A stretch of 64,000 nucleotides of DNA, from the NCBI GenBank assembly GCA_020854825.1, contig JAHKLY010000001.1, positions 64,001 through 128,000 on the forward strand, in the 5' to 3' direction. This DNA comes from Candidatus Micrarchaeota archaeon (GTDB lineage Archaea > Micrarchaeota > Micrarchaeia > Anstonellales > JAHKLY01). The notes beneath the pieces were generated by a model. That model was given only the letters and a program-made list of their open reading frames with translations. It searched no databases and was not told where the DNA came from. A program made the position numbers and the translations under genes. Shown here in pieces: positions 19,604-30,377 of this stretch (positions are counted from its first letter, which is position 1; every line of letters begins with the position of its first letter).

Positions 19604-20671
19604 ATGAAAAAAATTAATTTAATCTTTGCATTGGTTTTCGTGCTTATGTTTACAATTAATGCAGGTGATATTTATGATGCAGATAATATAGAACTACTAA
19701 AAAGTAGATGGGTTGATTTGAGATGGATGATGTATGGAATTATAGCTGTAGTTTTATGTGCAGGAATCGCAGGAATTGTCTATAGTTTTGGATATATACT
19801 TGATGCTAGAAATTTAAAAGCATGGGCAATTAGCGAGGGATTGAATGCTGTTGCTTCTGCAATAATGATTATACTATTAATTCTACTACTCCAACAAGCA
19901 TTTTCATTTATAACAGATGACCTATTAACTACTAATACTGTAACTTGTGCTGGTGGGGATTATCCAGCTTCAGAACCAATTAATTTTGCAAAATGCAGAG
20001 TTGAAGAACAAATCATAGTGTTGGATGACTTATATGATCAAATATATGTAACAAATACAGTTTGGGAAAAACAAGCATCTAGGTGTTTTTCTTTTATGGG
20101 CTATACAGTTTGGTGTGGTGATTGGTACGGAAATACAAGAAAACAAATCGAATCTGGATATATGTTAACAAATAAAATTATTCCTTTAACTGTTGGATTG
20201 CATTCAGTTTATGTAATGCTCGAATATATTTCTGCAAATATGTTGATAGTATTTTTACCTTTGGGTATTTTACTTAGAACTTTTCCAATAACAAGAGGAG
20301 TTGGGGGATTACTAATTGCTTTAGCAATAGGTGCATATTTTATATTTCCTGTTTTATATATCATGTTAGATCCTTCATTTACTACACGCCCTGCAGGAGT
20401 AGATCCTCCATTTTTAGATAATGCATATGGATGTTACCCTGGATTTAAAGGAGGAGTTTCTTTAGCAAATATAGTAAATAGCCAAGAAACATACGAATAT
20501 ACTATTTTTAGTTATCAAAGAATTGGAGATATACTAGTAGAAATAACTATACGTTCGATTTATTATCCTTTTGTTGCATTTTCTGCAACTGTAATATTAA
20601 TTATGGCAATGACACCAATATTAGGTGGAGATACTGGAGATATGATAAGATTAATTTCAAAATCAGTTTAG
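19604..20671 (+). CDS. Multi-pass membrane protein, paralog 6 of 6
   Basis: LKAWAISE, LPLGILLRTFPITRGVGG, LGGDTG. Confidence 0.75.
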   Translation: MKKINLIFALVFVLMFTINAGDIYDADNIELLKSRWVDLRWMMYGIIAVVLCAGIAGIVYSFGYILDARNLKAWAISEGLNAVASAIMIILLILLLQQAFSFITDDLLTTNTVTCAGGDYPASEPINFAKCRVEEQIIVLDDLYDQIYVTNTVWEKQASRCFSFMGYTVWCGDWYGNTRKQIESGYMLTNKIIPLTVGLHSVYVMLEYISANMLIVFLPLGILLRTFPITRGVGGLLIALAIGAYFIFPVLYIMLDPSFTTRPAGVDPPFLDNAYGCYPGFKGGVSLANIVNSQETYEYTIFSYQRIGDILVEITIRSIYYPFVAFSATVILIMAMTPILGGDTGDMIRLISKSV

Positions 20672-20680
20672 GTGAAAAAT

Positions 20681-23600
20681 ATGAAAAAAGAAATAATTTT
20701 AGTTTTAATGATGTTTTTAATTTTCTTTGGTTGCACTAAATATGAAAATGAATACATCTCCTGTTGTAATGCGCCTTTAAATTATTCATTATCAAATATG
20801 AGTAATTGCACTTTACCTGATGGAACAATAGTTGAAATAGAGTGTGATGTGATTATAGAAGATGGAGAAGTCATTGGAGGGAGCTGTTATTATGAAGAAG
20901 ATCCTTTAATAAGTAGAGAGCCACTAATTATAAATTTTCCAATATGTACTCATGCAGAATTTAATCCCTGTATTAATGAAAACTGCGTTGCAATGGTATG
21001 TGGCAAAAGCTCTTACTTACCTACATTATATCCATCTGTTTGTGAGATAACAGATGACCATAGTTCAGTAATATCAAACCAATTAAATAGAAATGAAAAA
21101 CAGTTCCAACAAGAATTATACAAAACATTTTGTGATTTTAAAATATTAAATGATAAAACTGCAAATGAAATAAAATCTTCGAACGGAGAACAATGGATAA
21201 ACTCATTTAGATTTGGTATAGGAACAACATTTTCTGAATTTGAGGAAGCAAGATACTATTTTCCTGTTTATGATAAATTAACATATTTAAATCCAAGTGG
21301 GACTAAAGACAGGTTTATGAATTATTTGGTTCCTGAAGGTGCAACTTGTAGTTATGTGCCTGAAACTGGGTGGCAATGTCAAAAACCAAGTGGAAGTACT
21401 TTAACCTTTTCAACTGGAAGTTTTGAAGAATCTCAATATGAATGTGAACAAGCTTGTGGAGAAGCATGGGAGTATTCACTATTTACAAGATGTGAATATA
21501 CAACAAATGCATGGATATGTACAGACTTTGAAGGAACATCAACTGCTTTTAAAATCTCTTATTTTCCAGATAATTATACAACAAGAAGAGCATGCGAATT
21601 ATTTTGTGACTATGCATGGGGAGCATCACCAACTGAATGTACAACAACAGAAAATCATCCTATTTTTATGAATAATAGAGGATCATATTATCTAGATGTT
21701 GAACCACTAAGAGTAACTCAAAATGAAGTAACTTATGTTATGGATACTATTTATGGATTGAATAGATCTTTTTATGCTGAAATGTTAAACTCTGTTTGGA
21801 ATTATCAAAAATGGACTGGATATACTGATGCAGACGGAATTCACCATTCAGGCATGATTTTTGAATGTACAAGTAATACAGAATGTTTATCTGGATTATG
21901 TACAAATGACTGGGGTTATTCAAGATACACCTGTATTGATGACGTTTCTGAAAATAGAGATATTATGTGCTATTGTAGTAAACTAGACAATGGAATTATT
22001 GTATGTTACACTGGAGAATCTACAATAGGCACCTCAAAAATAACTGGGTGTAAAGGGGAAGGGACTATTAAATTTACTAATAATGCGACAGAAGCATGTC
22101 AAAGAGGATTATTGGATGAAGAATATTGTACTGGTTGTTATGGAACACTTATACGTGGAAGGGCAAGATTTACAGAAGAAGAAATAATAACTCCTGTTTT
22201 TGAAATAACAAACCAAAATTATTTGAATCCTTTTGTATATCTAGCAGATGAAAATTATGATTATGCTAGATTTGATATTCCTGAAGGATGTTCAACTACT
22301 GGAGAAGTTCAGTGTAATGATATGTTAGGAGGGATTTGTCAATACTGTAGCCCCCATACAACAGATTGGGCAGTATGTGATCCTATAACTTCTTGCATAA
22401 ATGATGAAGATTGTAGAGTTGAAGGTTGCGGAACTTACGAATTTCATTGTTTTGATGGGGTTGATAATGATTTTGATGGAAAAATAGACTTTGAAGATTG
22501 GGATTGTTGGTTAAGCAATCAAAGAGAAATGTGTTCTGATGGTTTAGATAATGAAAAAATAAGTGATGGGGTTTTAGGTTCAAATGGAAAAATAGATTGT
22601 TGTGATGAAGTTTGTTGGGAAGGACTACATGAAGGAATACACCCTTGTTATAATAGATTTGAATATTTTGATTTTTCAGAAATTAATTGTGGAATAGAAC
22701 AAAGTGCGCCTTCTTACATTAGATTTAAACCAGATTCATTAAGTGGAATAGAAGATACCTATTTAAATGGATACTATGGAATAGAAGACGAATATATTTA
22801 TGTTAATCCAGAATACATTGACAATCTATATTTTGCAAATGAAGATAGGTGTGATGTTACTTTTGAATTACAAACAGTACAGTGTTTTGATGAATGGATT
22901 GATTCATATAGAACAGGAAATTGGAATATTGTTAAAAACTGTTTAGGAGAAAATTCTGGAGCTTGGCATACTTGGTATAATTTACCTCAGCACAATACTG
23001 AAGAGGATAGAACAAACTTTAAAGTTCCATTTAGATACAAAATTATAGACTGGGGAAATTGCGAAGAAAATTATGAAACAAGCGCTAATTTAAATATAAT
23101 GCCAAAATTAAGAGAATATGGATGGTGTGAACCTTCAACAATGGTTACAATGGCTGTTCAAGAAATAAGAGTTTCAGATACTTATACTGATTACTGCCCA
23201 GAAGAATGTGAATTTTATGCTGGGAGCTTATTATCAAGTGAGAATGATTATTGTAAATGTAATGGAAAACCAATAATGTATGAAACAGGAAAAACAGAAC
23301 CAAGTGTAAAATATTTATATGATAAAAAAATAGAATTACAAAAATTAAATGTGGTTCCAATTTTAATTGCAACAGATAATAATTTATATAGTGAAAGAGA
23401 GATTAATAAAAAATGTGCTGAAATATCAGGTGGGATATGCTTCAATCCAGAATATCCTAATTTAATTGGAACTTTTTGCTATAAAGAAGGATATAATCCA
23501 ACTAATTGTGAAGAAGTGATTGGATTGTATAAATACACCTCTACTAATGAAAGTGTATTTTCAACTTATTTAGTTCCTTATTTAAAAACGATGCCAACTG

Positions 23601-25594
23601 AAGAGGATCCTGTGGAATATGGAGGGTATAAAATATTAGGAACAGGAACAGAAATTATTGTAATTGGCGAATTAGAAGGTTCAGATATTAGTGTTCACGA
23701 AGATTTCACAAAAAGAGCAAGAGCAATAAAAAGAGAGTGTCCAAATTGTTTAGTAGCAATTCACATAAAAGGTGAAATGGGTGCAACCATGAGCGAACAC
23801 TTAATAAATAATCTTGATGCCTTTTTTGGTTATGATGCTGATAATCTAGTAAACCCAAAACAAGATATGAATAAAGAACGATTAAATTTAATAGATATAC
23901 TAGCATTAGATTTTCATCCAGATGTATATATTTCATCTAGATTTTATAGTGCTGATGAACAAGGAATACAGAATATAGTTGAAACAAAAACCAATTTTAC
24001 ACGTCAATTATTAGCACGTTATGAAAAACCAAGTTTAATTTTAGATTTTAAAATAAAAACAAGAGCAGGAGCAGAAGAAACAAATATAAAAATTTTAAAT
24101 ACTGCATATAGGAGTGATATAGGAGGAATAAAAGGTGCATCATATAGTGGATCAGATGGACATCCTTCATGGAGAACAAACTATACATGTGATGAGAGCG
24201 ATGCAGTTTTCTGTGCAAGTGCTTGGTATGAAGATGAAGAAGGAAATTTGAGAAGTACTGGATGTGTTGAAGTTGGACATGAATATTATGCCGGTTTGAG
24301 TTGGAATACAGATTACTCAGACTGGATGCCTTGGGAAATTGGATGGACTGATGGAGAAGGAACTGGAACTGGATGGCAATGTGGACCTGCACCAAGTATT
24401 GCTTTACCTACAGCGGGAGAAATACACTTTACTGGATGTGATTTTAATCAATGTGTAGTTTACAGAGTAGATAGAAGAGTTGAATTACCAACTAAAGATT
24501 TTATTAATTCAGCAAAAATAACTCAAATATGCAAAGATGATTGTACAGCACTAATGATAAATGGAAATGTTGTTTATAATGAAGGGGGAATCTGTGATGG
24601 AGGTTCTGGTTGTATAAGTGCAAATCTAGATATTAAAGACTATTTAAAGGAGTGTGGAGAAAGCACATGTATTAATACATTTTCAATTTTTGTAATGGAT
24701 TACAAATCTAATCAGGTTGGTGCGAGATACAAATTAGAATATACAACAACAGATTATGATGATGATTTTTATGGGGATGAATGGGCAAATGAAGAATTCT
24801 TAAATACCTTTTATGAATATTTATTTAGTAATCAAGATGACTTAGTTAATGCAGGAATTATAGGTATTGTCTATTCTGAATGGCGCGATAAAGGCGATGG
24901 TACAGGATTAATTTTAGGGGAAGATGGAAAAACAGAAAATTTCTGTACATTACAAGAAAACTCAAAAGAATTAATAGGAATTGACAGTTATGTTGGATAT
25001 TCAAAGGTTTATGCATGGGAAGGAACTGAATGTGAATGTGTTGAATGTACAACACAAGATATAGACCTTGGATTATGCGGCGAAGGAACAAATGCACACA
25101 TTTGTTCTGATGGAAAACCATGTAGTGATGGAACATTAGAAGATTCAGATAATGTAAAATGTATGCCTATGTGTGCAAGAGTACAACAAACATTCGAAAC
25201 ATATGAAGGAACTGCAGTTGATTGGACACAAGGATGTATATTGTGTAATGAAACAACAGGAACTTATAATTGCAATATATATTATTCAGATGGAACAATT
25301 GATGAAGCAGGACCAAACGGAAGGATAAAAGACCTAACAATATGGGATGCAGATATAATAAGCTCACTACCTAATGGATATAAATGTTGCATGATAGATG
25401 ATTTAAGCGGAAATTTATTTACATATGATAAAACAAGTTATTCACAATTAAATAATGAATTAATAATTTATCCACGAGATGGAGATCCTGGACAAGACTG
25501 CGGAAAAATAGATAAAACAGAAAACATAAACACATGTCCTGGCTCACCAAATATGCCGAGGAGAAGAGGTGAATTAGTTTGTTATGTAAGTTAA
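20681..25594 (+). CDS. Giant acidic Cys-rich surface (lipo)protein
   Basis: Signal peptide ending FFGC; CxDGxDNxxDGKID metal/Ca-binding repeats; possible TIM-barrel and jelly-roll segments. Confidence 0.8.
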   Translation: MKKEIILVLMMFLIFFGCTKYENEYISCCNAPLNYSLSNMSNCTLPDGTIVEIECDVIIEDGEVIGGSCYYEEDPLISREPLIINFPICTHAEFNPCINENCVAMVCGKSSYLPTLYPSVCEITDDHSSVISNQLNRNEKQFQQELYKTFCDFKILNDKTANEIKSSNGEQWINSFRFGIGTTFSEFEEARYYFPVYDKLTYLNPSGTKDRFMNYLVPEGATCSYVPETGWQCQKPSGSTLTFSTGSFEESQYECEQACGEAWEYSLFTRCEYTTNAWICTDFEGTSTAFKISYFPDNYTTRRACELFCDYAWGASPTECTTTENHPIFMNNRGSYYLDVEPLRVTQNEVTYVMDTIYGLNRSFYAEMLNSVWNYQKWTGYTDADGIHHSGMIFECTSNTECLSGLCTNDWGYSRYTCIDDVSENRDIMCYCSKLDNGIIVCYTGESTIGTSKITGCKGEGTIKFTNNATEACQRGLLDEEYCTGCYGTLIRGRARFTEEEIITPVFEITNQNYLNPFVYLADENYDYARFDIPEGCSTTGEVQCNDMLGGICQYCSPHTTDWAVCDPITSCINDEDCRVEGCGTYEFHCFDGVDNDFDGKIDFEDWDCWLSNQREMCSDGLDNEKISDGVLGSNGKIDCCDEVCWEGLHEGIHPCYNRFEYFDFSEINCGIEQSAPSYIRFKPDSLSGIEDTYLNGYYGIEDEYIYVNPEYIDNLYFANEDRCDVTFELQTVQCFDEWIDSYRTGNWNIVKNCLGENSGAWHTWYNLPQHNTEEDRTNFKVPFRYKIIDWGNCEENYETSANLNIMPKLREYGWCEPSTMVTMAVQEIRVSDTYTDYCPEECEFYAGSLLSSENDYCKCNGKPIMYETGKTEPSVKYLYDKKIELQKLNVVPILIATDNNLYSEREINKKCAEISGGICFNPEYPNLIGTFCYKEGYNPTNCEEVIGLYKYTSTNESVFSTYLVPYLKTMPTEEDPVEYGGYKILGTGTEIIVIGELEGSDISVHEDFTKRARAIKRECPNCLVAIHIKGEMGATMSEHLINNLDAFFGYDADNLVNPKQDMNKERLNLIDILALDFHPDVYISSRFYSADEQGIQNIVETKTNFTRQLLARYEKPSLILDFKIKTRAGAEETNIKILNTAYRSDIGGIKGASYSGSDGHPSWRTNYTCDESDAVFCASAWYEDEEGNLRSTGCVEVGHEYYAGLSWNTDYSDWMPWEIGWTDGEGTGTGWQCGPAPSIALPTAGEIHFTGCDFNQCVVYRVDRRVELPTKDFINSAKITQICKDDCTALMINGNVVYNEGGICDGGSGCISANLDIKDYLKECGESTCINTFSIFVMDYKSNQVGARYKLEYTTTDYDDDFYGDEWANEEFLNTFYEYLFSNQDDLVNAGIIGIVYSEWRDKGDGTGLILGEDGKTENFCTLQENSKELIGIDSYVGYSKVYAWEGTECECVECTTQDIDLGLCGEGTNAHICSDGKPCSDGTLEDSDNVKCMPMCARVQQTFETYEGTAVDWTQGCILCNETTGTYNCNIYYSDGTIDEAGPNGRIKDLTIWDADIISSLPNGYKCCMIDDLSGNLFTYDKTSYSQLNNELIIYPRDGDPGQDCGKIDKTENINTCPGSPNMPRRRGELVCYVS

Positions 25595-28500
25595 AACAAA
25601 ATAATAATATAAAATTTATCTTTTTTATTTTACTTATTAGTTTATCTCTTATATATTCGGCTAAACCAATTGATACAATACCTCCTGCAACTACATATAC
25701 TCCATATATTTATTGTAGACCTATGCAAACGTGTACTTCTTCAGACATAACACAAGCAAATATTTTAGCGTTTATTTCTTCAAGCGATACTTCTATGCAA
25801 ATAGAAGGATTATTATACTATGAAAATGAAACAAGATCAAAGATAGGAATATCAAATACACAAATCTTTGTAAGATACTCATGTAATGATGGTACAAGAA
25901 ATTTATGCAAAATGTACTCTAATGAAGAAGGTACGTTTGTATTTAATTTAGATTATATACGATCCACTTGTTCAAATTGTACAACTATTTCTTTTTACTA
26001 TTGCCCTGGAGAAAATACAGATTTAGAAAGATTATCACTTTGTTTAGGAGAAACTATCGCTTCTTTACCAGAATATTGTGAAGACCAAGGATTTTTTGAT
26101 CCTTCACCCACTATTTTAGAAGAATATAATAACTATACATTTGCAACACAACCAGTTAGATTTTGTATTCCATCTGTGACTGGTGCAACAAATCAAATCT
26201 GTATGGGGGTTTTGATTATTTTTGGCATATTGGGAGCTGCAATGTTTACCTCTGGAAGAAACCCGTTATCTTTTTTTAATTTTTCAGGCCCAAGGCCCCC
26301 CACTGGAAGACAGTATAGGATGAAACCAAAATCCGTATCATTTACTATGATGGTTCCAGTAGGAAAAATAATTGGTGGGATTAGTGGTAAAATTCAAAAA
26401 TCAGAAAAAAAATCTGTTGATTCAAAAACTCCAAAAGTTGCTGCCAATGTTAAAGATATTAAAAAAGGGATTGGAAAAACAGATTTAGTAGATAAACCAA
26501 AAACTACAAAAGCAATTACAGGTGCAGTTAAATCTGCTGGATTTATTAGGCAGGTTAAATTATCTGTTCAAGGGATAAGCAGTAAGGTAGCAGTAGGTGT
26601 GTTTGGTGAAAAAGGAGCAAATGTATTATTTGGAGAAGGAACCTCAGAAACAGCTAGGATGGCTACTGAAGCTATGCAAAGCATGAACATGAGAGAAAGA
26701 GGAATAGGGGGAGTATCCCCCCAAATGATCGCTGGGCCCCCACTAGATTATAGTGCATCGTTTAGTAAAGATTTATTAACAGGCTTATTTTATTTAGGAG
26801 ACTATTGGATACAGGGGATGATGAATAGATTCACGATGGGTATTGTTCCATATCAAACTATAACAAAATGGAAAGGGAGACTCATATATGGTCCCTTATC
26901 AAAAATAGGACTTTCTTTAAGAGGTTATACTGCATTAAACAAAAATGAAAAATTATTTATTAAAGAACTACAAGAAAATTGGAAAAATATAGATCCAAAA
27001 AGTATAACTATATCTCCTTCTAAAGACGGAAAAACCGTAATAATAACTGCAAAAGATTTAAATGGAAAAACTACTCAATTATTTGAATTAAGAACTAAAA
27101 ATTTAAATACAATAAAATATGCATTAAATTCCCAAGGAACAGGATTAAATAATAATAGTAATTACGCTTATTCATTAACTATTGAAGGGCTATTTAATTT
27201 GATTACTACTGCTGTTTTAACACAAAATCTACAATTAAATAAAGAAAAAATAAATGAAAAATTAAATAAAATAGAACAAAAAAGAGAAGAACTAGAAAAA
27301 CAAAAAAGAACTGCAACAGGAAGAGAGTTAAGAAAGATAGAAGAACAAATTGAAGAATTGGATACTAATAGAAAGGGCGTAATCTGGACATATTCAGAAA
27401 TGAATCTTCCAGAAGGTTCAGAATTATCTGAATATCAAATTAATGAGATACTAAAAGAATTTGACAGTACAAGAGAAAACACAGGAACTGGAATAATAGA
27501 CCAAAAAATACAGAAGCAATTAGATAAATTAACAATTATGACTCAGCAAGCTATGATTTTATATTTTATTTCTAGAGAACTATTGCCTAATGCCTATTCT
27601 ATTTCAACTGAAAATCCAAATTATAAAAAATGGGAAGAAGAATATAAAAAACAAAAAGAAAAAAATGAGGAAAAGAAACAAGAATTAGAAAAAGAAAAAG
27701 AAGAATTAGAAGCAAAAAAAGAATTTATCCTATCTGGAATAACTGGATTAAATGAAGAAGAACAAAAACGGTATTCACAAATTGAAAAAGAGCTGGAAAT
27801 ATTAAAAAATGATTATAAAAATGAAGAAGAAAAACTAATTTTAGAATTAAATTCATTGACTAGCAAAATGAATTCAACAAATATGGAAAAAATACATGAA
27901 AAAATTTTAGAATTAACAGAAAGAATTTCTGCTTTAAAATCTATTTATCAAACTGAATATAAAAACATACAAGAAGATATAACCAGATATTCAAACAATT
28001 TAATTATATTAATAGGTAGTGGCACAAGTATATATGAACAATTTGCTTCAAATGGTATGTATTCAGAAGCAAATGAAATATTTAATATATTAAACGAAAT
28101 TCAAACTAAAGTACAATTTGAATTTCTTGAGGAATTCCGTTCTACTGAAAGTATAAAAAGTGATGAAGAAATTGAAAAACTTAGAAGCACATTCAATAAA
28201 AATAATTATACTATAGAATTAGCTATTTCTGCTATTTCTCCGTTATCTCAAACATTTCAAGCAGATGAAAGAGTATTGGAAGCTATACGTGAAGATGAAT
28301 CATTTAAAACTGAGTTTAATTTATTTATTGAAAATATGACAAAAAAATTAGATGAGTATATAGATACTAATTATGACGAACAAATAAACTTAGAAAAGGA
28401 AATACAAATTATAAACGAACAAAAACAAACCCTATTGTTTGAAGCATTTAAATTAAGTAGTTACTTAGAACCATTAGAGGAAGGAAAAGAATATGGAATA

Positions 28501-29769
28501 TGGAGTTCTGAAGAACAAAAAGAATTACAAAAAAGATTAGAAGAAATACAAAGAAAAGAAAGAGATCTAACTGAAGAATACAATAAAAAGATAGAAGAAT
28601 ATGAAAGCAGAAAAGAAGATACTCAGTATAGTATTCTTATTGAAGGATGGAAAATTGCATTAGAAGCAAACAGCAGATATGTTAATGAAACTCAAAAACC
28701 AAGTTTAACTGTAGACACAGATGAACGCATGCCTATAGCTACTACCCAATATAAAATGTACACAGAATATAAAACAATGACAACTGAATTTGATAAATAC
28801 TACTCAGATATCGAATCTGGAAATTTAACAAAAGAAGAAAGAGAAAATACATATTATAGAATCACAAATACATATGAAACTACAATACTTTACAGAGATT
28901 TATTTAAACTTAATGAAAGTTTTATAGACGAATATTCTAGTTGGACAGAGAAACAAAAAGAAAAACGTTCTTCAATTTTAGAGTCCTGGGAAAAATATAA
29001 TGAAGAAATAAAACAAATATCTTCTTTTAGAAATAATTGTGAATTTACAAGAACATATTCTTCAATGATAACAGAAGCAAGGGATATATTAAATACATTC
29101 GAAGAAACAAAAGATGAAGAATTAAGAAAAATAAATCAAAAAAGATTTGATAATTTGATAAGTGGAGACCTAATCGGATTTACTGGGGCATATATACATA
29201 ACAGAGAGTATCATTCTGTAACTGAAGAAATATGGAATAAAATAAAAACTGTTTTTGGAAGCACTAAAGAAAGAGAAACATTTGATAGTTTTAATAAAAA
29301 CATATCTTCTTTTAGAAAAACAAGAGAAGATGTTGAAGAATTTATTATTTCATATTCATATGAAAATAAAGAAGAAAAAAATAAAGTTGATGAATATCTA
29401 TCATATTACTTACAAGATTCTGATAAACCAGAAAGGCAAAACTTAGATATTTTAAGAAATTACACAGCAAAACCAGAAAATACTGAATATAAAACTCTTT
29501 TTGAAACAACAATAGAATCTAGAAAATTATTTGAAATGTTTAGAGAAAAAGCAGAACAACAAAATAGAGAAGCATATAGACAAAAAATGTATAATAATGA
29601 TGAACAAACAGAATATCATAATTATAATGCAACTAAATATAAAAAATATGCTAGACAATTAGAAAAAAGTTATTTGACATTAACAAAAGCAAATAATGAA
29701 AAAGAAAGAAAAAATGCAATAAAAGAATATAAACAATTAAGAGAAAAATTACAAGAATCAATAGTTTAG
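25579..29769 (+). CDS. Large single-pass protein: signal peptide, Cys-rich ectodomain, TM helix, long Glu/Lys coiled-coil region
   Basis: Cys confined almost entirely to the first ~210 aa; TM ICMGVLIIFGILGAAMF; long heptad tracts. Confidence 0.78.
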   Translation: MLCKLKQNNNIKFIFFILLISLSLIYSAKPIDTIPPATTYTPYIYCRPMQTCTSSDITQANILAFISSSDTSMQIEGLLYYENETRSKIGISNTQIFVRYSCNDGTRNLCKMYSNEEGTFVFNLDYIRSTCSNCTTISFYYCPGENTDLERLSLCLGETIASLPEYCEDQGFFDPSPTILEEYNNYTFATQPVRFCIPSVTGATNQICMGVLIIFGILGAAMFTSGRNPLSFFNFSGPRPPTGRQYRMKPKSVSFTMMVPVGKIIGGISGKIQKSEKKSVDSKTPKVAANVKDIKKGIGKTDLVDKPKTTKAITGAVKSAGFIRQVKLSVQGISSKVAVGVFGEKGANVLFGEGTSETARMATEAMQSMNMRERGIGGVSPQMIAGPPLDYSASFSKDLLTGLFYLGDYWIQGMMNRFTMGIVPYQTITKWKGRLIYGPLSKIGLSLRGYTALNKNEKLFIKELQENWKNIDPKSITISPSKDGKTVIITAKDLNGKTTQLFELRTKNLNTIKYALNSQGTGLNNNSNYAYSLTIEGLFNLITTAVLTQNLQLNKEKINEKLNKIEQKREELEKQKRTATGRELRKIEEQIEELDTNRKGVIWTYSEMNLPEGSELSEYQINEILKEFDSTRENTGTGIIDQKIQKQLDKLTIMTQQAMILYFISRELLPNAYSISTENPNYKKWEEEYKKQKEKNEEKKQELEKEKEELEAKKEFILSGITGLNEEEQKRYSQIEKELEILKNDYKNEEEKLILELNSLTSKMNSTNMEKIHEKILELTERISALKSIYQTEYKNIQEDITRYSNNLIILIGSGTSIYEQFASNGMYSEANEIFNILNEIQTKVQFEFLEEFRSTESIKSDEEIEKLRSTFNKNNYTIELAISAISPLSQTFQADERVLEAIREDESFKTEFNLFIENMTKKLDEYIDTNYDEQINLEKEIQIINEQKQTLLFEAFKLSSYLEPLEEGKEYGIWSSEEQKELQKRLEEIQRKERDLTEEYNKKIEEYESRKEDTQYSILIEGWKIALEANSRYVNETQKPSLTVDTDERMPIATTQYKMYTEYKTMTTEFDKYYSDIESGNLTKEERENTYYRITNTYETTILYRDLFKLNESFIDEYSSWTEKQKEKRSSILESWEKYNEEIKQISSFRNNCEFTRTYSSMITEARDILNTFEETKDEELRKINQKRFDNLISGDLIGFTGAYIHNREYHSVTEEIWNKIKTVFGSTKERETFDSFNKNISSFRKTREDVEEFIISYSYENKEEKNKVDEYLSYYLQDSDKPERQNLDILRNYTAKPENTEYKTLFETTIESRKLFEMFREKAEQQNREAYRQKMYNNDEQTEYHNYNATKYKKYARQLEKSYLTLTKANNEKERKNAIKEYKQLREKLQESIV

Positions 29770-29777
29770 GTGTTTAA

Positions 29778-30377
29778 ATGACTAAAACATACTATGAAAA
29801 ATATGAGTTCATGGATGACCCAGATGTATATGAGCCGCGCGAAGATTCGTTTATGCTTGCTGATTATGTTAAAGGTGCTAAAGGTAATGTACTTGATGTA
29901 GGCACAGGGTGCGGTATTCAAGCCATTATAGCCTCTAAAACTGCAGATTATGCGTTAGGTATAGATATCAACGCAAAGGCTGTTGAATTGGCTAAAAAAA
30001 ATGCTGAATTATATAATCTTAAAAATTGTGAATTTAAACAAAGTGATCTTTTTGAAAAAATAGAAAAAGAAAATAAATTTGATTTAATAATTTTTAATCC
30101 TCCCTACTTGCCAACAAAAGAAGAAGATAAAGTAAAGGGAGAATTAAACAAAGCATTAGATGGAGGAATAGATGGTAGAGAAACACTTGATAAATTTCTT
30201 AAAAATGTTAAAAAACATCTAAAAAAAGAAGGTAAAATTTTGTTAGTAGATAGTTCATTGGATAATACTAAAAAAACGATAGATATATTAGAAGACCAAG
30301 GATTTAAAGTTAAAATCTTAGAAACAAAAAAAATGTTTTTTGAAGAATTAAACATAATAGAGGCAACAGTAGAATGA
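29778..30377 (+). CDS. HemK2/PrmC-family N5-glutamine methyltransferase
   Basis: VYEPREDSFML, LDVGTGCG, FNPPYLP, GGIDGR. Confidence 0.92.
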   Translation: MTKTYYEKYEFMDDPDVYEPREDSFMLADYVKGAKGNVLDVGTGCGIQAIIASKTADYALGIDINAKAVELAKKNAELYNLKNCEFKQSDLFEKIEKENKFDLIIFNPPYLPTKEEDKVKGELNKALDGGIDGRETLDKFLKNVKKHLKKEGKILLVDSSLDNTKKTIDILEDQGFKVKILETKKMFFEELNIIEATVE

